The notes under the pieces: generated by a model
Seen by the model: the letters and a program-made list of their open reading frames with translations, nothing else
What the model was told of the DNA's origin: nothing
The model's database searches: none
Part shown: positions 1 to 7,019 of the stretch, one piece after another
Position numbering within the stretch: the first letter of the stretch is position 1
How the letters are laid out: each line of letters opens with the position of its first letter
Program-made: the position numbers and the translations under genes
NCBI GenBank assembly: GCA_012520635.1
Contig: JAAYNY010000051.1
Coordinates: 1 to 60,229 of the forward strand
Direction: 5' to 3'
From: Clostridiales bacterium
GTDB taxonomy: Bacteria; Bacillota; Clostridia; Lachnospirales; Lachnospiraceae
Length of the DNA: 60,229 bases

Positions 1-313
1 AGCCGGTTTTTCCTGCCTGATCAATTGATGTTTGCTGTGACATGGGCATAGGATTTGCCTGTGCTTGGTTTTGTTGTTGTGAACCAAGTTGACTTTGTCC
101 TGCCATGGAAGGAACTTGTCCATTTAATAATTGATTAACGGTCTGTAGATGTTCCTTTTCTTTCTGACTAATGTTTCTGAAGATGGTTTTTAATTCGGAA
201 TCAGTAGCCAAGTTTGCATAGTTATCATATTTCATAATACATTGTTCTTCATGGGACTTCTGATCCTGCAACAGAAGTTTTTCCTTTGTTGATAGTGCTA
301 CATTAGTTATCAT
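1..313 (-). CDS. Spore coat-associated protein, Coat F/ferritin-like (3'-truncated by window edge)
   Basis: Hand translation MITNVALSTKEKLLLQDQKSHEEQCIMKYDNYANLATDSELKTIFRNISQKEKEHLQTVNQLLNGQVP followed by a Q-rich linker; RBS AGGAGGT at 321-327; not in the ORF track because it runs off the edge. Confidence 0.7.
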   Translation of the reverse strand, partial: MITNVALSTKEKLLLQDQKSHEEQCIMKYDNYANLATDSELKTIFRNISQKEKEHLQTVNQLLNGQVPSMAGQSQLGSQQQNQAQANPMPMSQQTSIDQAGKTG

Positions 314-331
314 ATTAATCACCTCCTACCA

Positions 332-360
332 TAGTATTTCTAAGAAATCAATATTTATCC
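332..360 (-). promoter_or_regulatory. Forespore sigF/sigG-like promoter
   Basis: GGATA-N15-GAAATACTA on the minus strand just upstream of the coat-like gene RBS. Confidence 0.45.
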
Positions 361-451
361 ATATTAACTTTGTTAATATATGGTAAGGAGCCTGTCTTAA
401 CAACTATTGCTGACAGAAGCATATAGCTGCTTATGCAAAGTATATTTTGAT

Positions 452-883
452 TTATTCAGGACTAGTAACAGTAATATCATCACGACTAATTGTTTTATCA
501 CATTGTGGACAGTAATATATTTGCTCTATTTTATGTCCACAACTTGAATGGGTAAGTTTTTTGTGGCATTTTTTTAGGTTACGCTCTCCCCAGAGTATTA
601 TACTATTAAATACATCAGTTAAGTCGTGGCCGCTTTTAGTTAAAAGGTATTTACATCTAGGAGGATGGGTCTGGTAAAGTTCTTTTTTTATTAGTCCATC
701 TTCTTCTAGGCTTTTTAGTCTATCTGATAGAAGGTTACTAGGTATACCCTCCAACCTATTAAAGAGTTCTGTATAGGTACCATAACCCATCATAATCTGT
801 CTTAGGATTAAAAGAGTCCATTTATCACCAATTATATTTAAGGTTTGAGCAATATTACAGGGAAGGTCATAAAGGTTTTTCAT
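452..883 (-). CDS. HxlR-family winged-helix regulator with N-terminal Cys and C-terminal Cys/His motif
   Basis: PCNIAQTLNIIGDKWTLLILR...LSDRLKSLEEDGLI...YLLTKSG; C-terminal H..CGH...YCPQC. Confidence 0.9.
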   Translation of the reverse strand: MKNLYDLPCNIAQTLNIIGDKWTLLILRQIMMGYGTYTELFNRLEGIPSNLLSDRLKSLEEDGLIKKELYQTHPPRCKYLLTKSGHDLTDVFNSIILWGERNLKKCHKKLTHSSCGHKIEQIYYCPQCDKTISRDDITVTSPE

Positions 884-929
884 ACTAATTCTCCATTCTT
901 ATGAAATTCTAACTTTTGATTTTATATAT

Positions 930-964
930 TATCCTATGATTTAAACATACTAAATCATAGGATA
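930..964. terminator. Intergenic stem-loop (terminator or mRNA-stabilising hairpin)
   Basis: Perfect 14-bp arms TATCCTATGATTTA/TAAATCATAGGATA with a 7-nt loop. Confidence 0.55.
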
Positions 965-970
965 GAAGGA

Positions 971-2371
971 TTATTTAGTAGACTCTAGGGTTTGATCTAT
1001 TGAATTGATCATTATATTCTTGGTTAGCTTACCTGCGGCATATCCATCGATGTTACCATTCTTGTCTATTAAAAATGTTGTAGGAAATGCTGTGATAAAG
1101 TATTGTCTTAATAAATCTCCTGTCTCATCAAATACAACTGGAAAAGTAAGTTGGTTTTCCTCAAGAAAAGCTATGATATCTTCCTTACTTTCGTCTACAT
1201 TATTGGGATACTCATGGCTAGATGGATTTGCTACCCCAAGAATAATAACGTCCTCTTGATTTTTACCATATTCCTTATAGATTGCCTCGATATCAGGCAT
1301 TTCTTCTCTACAAGGAGGGCACCATGTAGCCCAAAAATTTAAGAATACCACCTTATCCTTATAATCAGATAGGGTATGTTGAACTCCGTATTGATCTGTC
1401 AATGTAAAGTCAATAGCAGGAAATACTTCTTCCTCCTGGTCAGAAGAATTACTGTCTTCTTGGTAATCATCATTATCAGAAGGTACTATATCATTAGAAT
1501 CACTATTGTTTATATCGTCATCATCTATATCACTTAAATCATTGTCAGAATCTTGATTGGATTTATCATCAACTTGAGTTTCATCATTGGCTTTATTATC
1601 TGTCTTATCATTTTCTTGGCTGATTCCTATAGGTGAGGAAATACGGTTTAAGTATTTTGATATACCATTCATCCATCCTGTAAAAGTCATAATACCTATA
1701 ATTATCAGGATTATTCCACCAATCTTTACCGTATATTTAAGGAAATTCTGTCTTGCCTTTAGGAAATTTAATACCTGAGTGGTGAATAAGCCCAGTAGTA
1801 AAAAAGGTATAATAAACCCAATGGCATAAAGAAGTACAAGCATGTTACCGGTCAAAGAATTCTTTGCACTGGATGCTAGTATCAATACAGAAGATAAAGC
1901 AGGTCCCACACAAGGGGTCCATGCAAAGCTAAAGGTAAAGCCCATTATAAAGGCTGCCAGTGGATTCATCTTACGATCACTGGGACTTATACGTATTTTC
2001 CGTTCTCTCTTAAGAAAATTAAAATCTAGAAATCCTACCTGATGGAGGCCAAGAATTAATATTATAATTCCTCCAATCCTTGTAAATAGTAGTTGATTCT
2101 TACTAAAAAAGCTTCCTAGGGCTGTAAATGCCATCCCTAAAATAAAAAAGGCAAAAGAAATACCAAGAACAAAAAACACGGTATGATTAAAAACTCTTCC
2201 TCTTTTATAAATAATTCTTCCATCTTCATCAACCTGCTTAGCATTTCCTGCAAGATAACTCATGTATATGGGTATAAGTGGTATAACACAGGGTGAGAAA
2301 AAGGATATGATTCCTTCTAAAAATACCAATAAATAACTTATATTTTCTAATGCAACAAGATTATCAAACAT
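971..2371 (-). CDS. CcdA/DsbD membrane domain fused to TlpA/ResA-like thioredoxin domain
   Basis: SFFSPCVIPLIP and FAWTPCVGP in TM helices; acidic linker; FWATWCPPCREEMP. Confidence 0.9.
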   Translation of the reverse strand: MFDNLVALENISYLLVFLEGIISFFSPCVIPLIPIYMSYLAGNAKQVDEDGRIIYKRGRVFNHTVFFVLGISFAFFILGMAFTALGSFFSKNQLLFTRIGGIIILILGLHQVGFLDFNFLKRERKIRISPSDRKMNPLAAFIMGFTFSFAWTPCVGPALSSVLILASSAKNSLTGNMLVLLYAIGFIIPFLLLGLFTTQVLNFLKARQNFLKYTVKIGGIILIIIGIMTFTGWMNGISKYLNRISSPIGISQENDKTDNKANDETQVDDKSNQDSDNDLSDIDDDDINNSDSNDIVPSDNDDYQEDSNSSDQEEEVFPAIDFTLTDQYGVQHTLSDYKDKVVFLNFWATWCPPCREEMPDIEAIYKEYGKNQEDVIILGVANPSSHEYPNNVDESKEDIIAFLEENQLTFPVVFDETGDLLRQYFITAFPTTFLIDKNGNIDGYAAGKLTKNIMINSIDQTLESTK

Positions 2372-2411
2372 AAATCCACTCCTTATATTTTATTTGTTGT
2401 AAATTTCCATA

Positions 2412-2451
2412 ATATTACCATAGTCACTTTATAAAGTCAAGTGACTATGGT
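2412..2451 (-). promoter_or_regulatory. sigA promoter of ccdA-tlpA/hxlR overlapped by a 13-bp-arm palindromic operator
   Basis: TTGACT-N17-TAATAT with TG extension; arms ACCATAGTCACTT (2417-2429) and AAGTGACTATGGT (2439-2451). Confidence 0.7.
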
Positions 2452-2545
2452 GCCAGGTATCGGTGTCAAAATTGTGAACGATTTGTGAACGGTGTCAGGC
2501 ACCGATGTCAAAATTGTGAACGAAGTATGAACGGTGTCAGGCACC
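2449..2545. repeat. Tandem 42-bp REP-like repeat (2.3 copies) with core GGTGTCAGGCACC
   Basis: Units 2449-2490, 2491-2532 and core 2533-2545; the same unit recurs inverted at 25779-25820. Confidence 0.9.
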
Positions 2546-2574
2546 TTGACAGTATTTAAAGACCATGATAATAT
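2546..2574 (+). promoter_or_regulatory. sigA promoter of marR-degV
   Basis: TTGACA-N17-TAATAT with TG extension. Confidence 0.7.
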
Positions 2575-2583
2575 AGTTCCAAG

Positions 2584-2623
2584 ATTTTAATTAAAATATT
2601 TTAATTAAAATTATTTAACTAAA
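2584..2623. promoter_or_regulatory. Tandem palindromic operator, probable MarR autoregulation
   Basis: ATTTTAATTAAAAT perfect twice (2584-2597, 2598-2611) plus a degenerate third copy, between -10 and RBS. Confidence 0.55.
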
Positions 2624-2630
2624 GGGAGAT

Positions 2631-3056
2631 GTGGATATGCTGGAAAGAGAGTTTGAAAAGCTATATTTCAAATTCCGATTAAATTTTTTGAACAACTTAT
2701 TTAATGGGGTAAAGGATGGTAGCTTAAATCCTACTGACTCTTATTGCCTAGAGGTGATTTTTTTGTTGGGTAGGCCTACCGTAAATGAATTTGCGGAAAG
2801 GGTAAATACTTCATTACCAAATGCTTCTTACCGGGTTAATAATCTCATAAATAAGGGTTATGTTAAAAAAACTGTATCAGAACATGATAGGCGGGAATAT
2901 CACCTGGAGGTTACTAAAAAATTCACAGATCTTTACGGAGCCAATGCATCTTTTAATACCCAATTAATGAATAATATAAGAGAGAAGTTTAGTGAGAAAG
3001 AGATTGAACAGTTAGAAGGGTTTATTAAAAGAATCGTAGACGAGATCATGGACTAA
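2631..3056 (+). CDS. MarR-family transcriptional regulator
   Basis: GTG start with GGGAG RBS; PTVNEFAERVNTSLPNASYRVNNLINKGYV...DRREYHL. Confidence 0.85.
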   Translation: MDMLEREFEKLYFKFRLNFLNNLFNGVKDGSLNPTDSYCLEVIFLLGRPTVNEFAERVNTSLPNASYRVNNLINKGYVKKTVSEHDRREYHLEVTKKFTDLYGANASFNTQLMNNIREKFSEKEIEQLEGFIKRIVDEIMD

Positions 3057-3069
3057 GAAAGGACAATAT

Positions 3070-3912
3070 ATGGGAATCAGAATAATTACAGACTCAACAT
3101 CAGATATAAGTATAAAACAAGCAGCTAAGATGGATATAAACCTTGTACCACTTAAGGTTATCTTTGATGAAAAAGAATATAAAGAAGGAATAGATATTAC
3201 CATAGAAGGCTTTTATGATAAACTTGTTAAGGCAGATAAGCTTCCAACTACTTCACAGCCTGCACCTGATGAGTTCTTAGAATGTTTTAAAGAAGCCAAG
3301 GAATCAGGGGATAGTGTAATAGTTATTGTACTAGCTTCTAAGCTAAGTGGCACTTATCAAAGTGCTATGATTGCAAAGGATATGGCTGAATATGAGAAGA
3401 TTTATATAATTGACAGTAAAACCACAACCGTTTCACTTAGGCTGTTAATAGAGGAAGCGGTTAAGTTAAGAGATAATGGATTGGCTGTAGAAGATATAGT
3501 AACTAAGCTTAATGATTTAAAGGAGCGCATTGTTTTACTTGCAATGGTTGATACCTTGGAATTTCTTCATAAAGGTGGACGTCTATCAAAATCTTCTGCA
3601 ATTATAGGAACCTTATTAAGGTTTAAACCTATTATTAGCCTACAAGATGGCGGAATTAGTGTTATTGGAAAAGAGCGAGGTGTTCAAAAAGGAATAAGAC
3701 GGGTTATTGAATCTATTAATGAAGTTGGTGATATAGACTTAGACTATCCTGTTCACCTTGGTTATACATCACAAGATGATAGATGTAGATTGCTTAGAGA
3801 TAAGCTTTTAGAGGAGCGGGCTTTAGATAATCTACCAATGCATCCTGTAGGATGTGTAGTTGGTACCCATGCAGGTCCTGGAGCTTGTGTACTGACTTAT
3901 GTAAGGAAATAA
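3070..3912 (+). CDS. DegV/FakB fatty-acid-binding protein
   Basis: IITDSTSD, PTTSQP, SKLSGTYQSA, LHKGGR, GTHAGPG motifs. Confidence 0.95.
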   Translation: MGIRIITDSTSDISIKQAAKMDINLVPLKVIFDEKEYKEGIDITIEGFYDKLVKADKLPTTSQPAPDEFLECFKEAKESGDSVIVIVLASKLSGTYQSAMIAKDMAEYEKIYIIDSKTTTVSLRLLIEEAVKLRDNGLAVEDIVTKLNDLKERIVLLAMVDTLEFLHKGGRLSKSSAIIGTLLRFKPIISLQDGGISVIGKERGVQKGIRRVIESINEVGDIDLDYPVHLGYTSQDDRCRLLRDKLLEERALDNLPMHPVGCVVGTHAGPGACVLTYVRK

Positions 3913-3950
3913 TATCTAAAGTAGTATTATATTTTTCCCTGTGCTATGAT

Positions 3951-3994
3951 AATATTAAGCTTCTTTACTGGTATAAGTAAACAAGCTTAATATT
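3951..3994. promoter_or_regulatory. Long inverted repeat in the GH43 leader (operator or 5' stem-loop)
   Basis: AATATTAAGCTT-c-TTTACT-6nt-AGTAAA-c-AAGCTTAATATT directly after extended -10 TGCTATGAT. Confidence 0.5.
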
Positions 3995-4031
3995 TAGTTT
4001 GACTTAAAATGAAGGAATGGAGGAAACTCAT

Positions 4032-5597
4032 ATGGTTCAGAGAATTAATAACCCCATATTGCCAGGATTTTATCCTGATCCATCTATTTGCAGAGTGGGA
4101 GAAGACTATTATCTTGTTACATCAACTTTTGCATATTTTCCTGGAGTACCCATATTTCATAGTAAGGATTTAGTTAATTGGGAACAGATAGGTAATATAT
4201 TAGACCGCAAAGAGCAACTTGAATTAACTGGGATAAGGCATTCCGGTGGAATATATGCTCCTACTTTACGCTACCATGAGGGTACCTTTTATATGATAAC
4301 TACTAATGTAGGTCATGGGGGTAATTTTCTTGTTATAGCTAAAGATCCTGCAGGACCATGGTCAAACCCCTATTTTATTGAAGGAGCTGATGGAATAGAC
4401 CCATCGCTTTTTTTTGATGATGATGGCAAATGCTATTATTCAGGCACTAAGGGTAGAAGAGAAGGGGAAAGATACTACGGAGATAATGAGATATGGGTTC
4501 AGGAGTTGGATCTTGAGACTATGAAACTGGTAGGGGAGTCCTATGCTGTATGGCATGGAGCACTTAGAGGAGTTGTATGGCCTGAAGCACCTCATATCTA
4601 TAAAAAAGATGGAAAATATTATCTTCTTATTGCTGAAGCAGGTACAGGACATGAACATGCTGTTACTGTAGCTTGTTCCGATGATATAACTAAGCCATTT
4701 GTAGGACACAAATGCAATCCTATCCTTACTCATAGGCATCTTGGCTTGGATTATCCAATTGTGAATGTTGGTCACGGAGATATTGTTGAAACCCAAAATG
4801 GGGAGTGGTTTATGGTAGTATTGGCTTCCCGTCCCTATGGTGGTTATTATAGAAATCTTGGAAGAGAAACTTTTCTTGTTCCCATGGAATGGGAAAATGG
4901 TTGGCCACTAGTTAACAGAGGTATAGGTCTTGTTGAATCCACTGTTAAGCTTCCTAATCTACCGGTTACACCTGTAAAGCCAATAGCTGAAAGGGAGGAT
5001 TTTAATGAAGATAAATTGCCATTTAGATTTCTCTTTATAAGAAATCCAGAACTTTCAAATTATAGTCTTAATGAAAGAAAAGGCTATCTTCGTATGAGGT
5101 TGGCAGCAGAGAAGATAACAGAAGAGGTAAGTCCTAGTTATGTATCTATTAGGCAGACAGGTATGAGTTTTATTTTTGAAACCAAGATGGAGTTTGAACC
5201 GGCTAATGATAATGAAGAAGCAGGTGTGGTTATTCTTCAGAGTGACCAGTATAACTACCGCTTTGTTATGAAGTTAAAAGATGGTGTTAAGTTACTTTCC
5301 TTAATAAAATGTGAGGGTGGAAAAGAAGAGGTTCTATCAGAGGGTATTTATGAAGCAAATGAAAATCATAAAGAGATCCAGCTTCGTATTAGTGCAGAAT
5401 TACAAGACCTTACTTTTTCCTATAGCTATGATGGCAGTTCCTATAAGACATTAATATCTGGGGTTGATGGAAGAATATTAAGCACGGATGTAGCAGGAGG
5501 ATTTGTAGGAAATACTATTGGTGTGTACTGCTCATCAAATGGAAGCCAAAGTCAAAACTATGCTGATTTTGATTGGATTGATTATAAGAATATTTAA
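4032..5597 (+). CDS. GH43 beta-xylosidase/alpha-arabinofuranosidase, cytoplasmic
   Basis: NPILPGFYPDPSICRVG, IDPSLFFDDDG, WPEAPHIYK, VGHGD; C-terminal beta-sandwich; start chosen at ATG 4032 after GGAGG. Confidence 0.93.
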   Translation: MVQRINNPILPGFYPDPSICRVGEDYYLVTSTFAYFPGVPIFHSKDLVNWEQIGNILDRKEQLELTGIRHSGGIYAPTLRYHEGTFYMITTNVGHGGNFLVIAKDPAGPWSNPYFIEGADGIDPSLFFDDDGKCYYSGTKGRREGERYYGDNEIWVQELDLETMKLVGESYAVWHGALRGVVWPEAPHIYKKDGKYYLLIAEAGTGHEHAVTVACSDDITKPFVGHKCNPILTHRHLGLDYPIVNVGHGDIVETQNGEWFMVVLASRPYGGYYRNLGRETFLVPMEWENGWPLVNRGIGLVESTVKLPNLPVTPVKPIAEREDFNEDKLPFRFLFIRNPELSNYSLNERKGYLRMRLAAEKITEEVSPSYVSIRQTGMSFIFETKMEFEPANDNEEAGVVILQSDQYNYRFVMKLKDGVKLLSLIKCEGGKEEVLSEGIYEANENHKEIQLRISAELQDLTFSYSYDGSSYKTLISGVDGRILSTDVAGGFVGNTIGVYCSSNGSQSQNYADFDWIDYKNI

Positions 5598-5626
5598 TAG
5601 AAAATAATAGAATCTACTAGACTACA

Positions 5627-5661
5627 CAAGGAGGTACCGGCTATAGCTGGCTACCTCCTTG
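5627..5661. terminator. Bidirectional terminator between convergent GH43 and AraC genes
   Basis: CAAGGAGGTA...TACCTCCTTG hairpin followed by ATTATTTTT. Confidence 0.7.
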
Positions 5662-5720
5662 ATTATTTTTCTAAGGTTCTGACAGAGAATATGCTTGTAT
5701 TCTTGACAGATACCTAAAAT

Positions 5721-6620
5721 TTATTTTGCATTTAGCATATGTATACTGCTTTTGACCCGATTACGACATTGATAGAGATTCCTAAACTCTGTAGGGGTGC
5801 ATTCTTTGAAACTCTTAAACACACGGTTGAAGGTTGATATACTAGAGAAACCTGAACCCATAGCAACTTCGGTGATTGATAGAGTTGGATTAAGCAAGAG
5901 TTTTTCTGCTTCTTTTACACGTCTTTGGTTTAGGTAATCATAAAAGGACATGTCAGTAAATTGCTTGAAGAGTCTAGAAAAATGGTATTTACTAAACCCA
6001 GCAACATTTGCTATAGTTTCTAAAGATATTTCTTCCATATAATTTTCATTTATGTAATCAAATATTATATTAAATTTTTCTATGTATTCTCTTTGTTTGC
6101 TTATCTTCACATTAGGAATAATGTTTCCTTTTTTCATGTATTTTCGCCCTAATATGACAAACATTTTTATAAGTAATGAGTATAGGGCTGGTTCCCTAAG
6201 GGTGTTGTCTTCGAAGTATTCTTCTGCTATTTCTTCATATAGTTTTGTAAGAGCCTTATGGGTCTTTGGGGCATTACGATTGGTGATAAGCCTTGGTTGG
6301 CTAAGAACGGAGAATATATTTGTGGAACCTTTAAGGTTACTTATCAGAGAGTAGTCGAATAAGAGGATTCGTCTTAATCCTTCTTTTGGAGCGATTAATT
6401 CATGAAGTTCTCCTGGGGGTATGACCATAATGTCCCCTTCTTGTAAGAGGTAAGTTGTTTTACCAATTACGATGGTATAGATATTATTAATAGGCATAAT
6501 AATCTCCACAGCAGTATGCCAATGGGGTGGATAATTATCAGCAGTTCTATTATTATGTAGAAGAATTAATGATTTATCCTTATAATCTATTTTTTCGTAT
6601 ATACCATCTATAGTTCTCAT
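5721..6620 (-). CDS. AraC-family regulator with cupin sensor
   Basis: YPPHWHTAVEII cupin; C-terminal double HTH with GFSSISTFNRVFK. Confidence 0.92.
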   Translation of the reverse strand: MRTIDGIYEKIDYKDKSLILLHNNRTADNYPPHWHTAVEIIMPINNIYTIVIGKTTYLLQEGDIMVIPPGELHELIAPKEGLRRILLFDYSLISNLKGSTNIFSVLSQPRLITNRNAPKTHKALTKLYEEIAEEYFEDNTLREPALYSLLIKMFVILGRKYMKKGNIIPNVKISKQREYIEKFNIIFDYINENYMEEISLETIANVAGFSKYHFSRLFKQFTDMSFYDYLNQRRVKEAEKLLLNPTLSITEVAMGSGFSSISTFNRVFKSFKECTPTEFRNLYQCRNRVKSSIHMLNAK

Positions 6621-7019
6621 ATATCATACCTAGCCTTTCAACTGTCATCGTAAGTGAATATTCCTGCCTAATATCTACCTATAATTAATTTCTAGCCATA
6701 TAAAATTAAAATTTGATATATAAACCCTGTATTTAACCACATTAAGCCAAACACTACCATTGATTTACTTAATTACCAACATATTGGAAAAACCATACAT
6801 ATTTTTAGTAAAATTATGTGTATATTGTTGGAATACTAGTAATATAATTCTAATACATATCTAAAGTTTTGTAAACATAATAGAAAAAATCTAAAATATA
6901 GTGTAAAAACTTGGGCAAATATACTGAAAAATAACAAAGTGTGATTTTTGTGACAAGTAATAATTGGGAAGGTTTATCTATAAACTATGTAATATGTACG
7001 AGGAAGAAAGGAACCGCTT

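Noticed and set aside
1420-1620. Repeat-like D/N/S-rich stretch in ccdA-tlpA
   Set aside because: Low-complexity acidic linker between domains with no discrete repeat unit
2472-2490. Rex operator (TTGTGAA half-sites)
   Set aside because: Half-sites are in direct, not inverted, orientation and are part of the dispersed repeat
2449-2545. CRISPR mini-array
   Set aside because: The sequences between the 13-bp cores are near-identical rather than unique spacers, the cores are too short, and no cas genes are present
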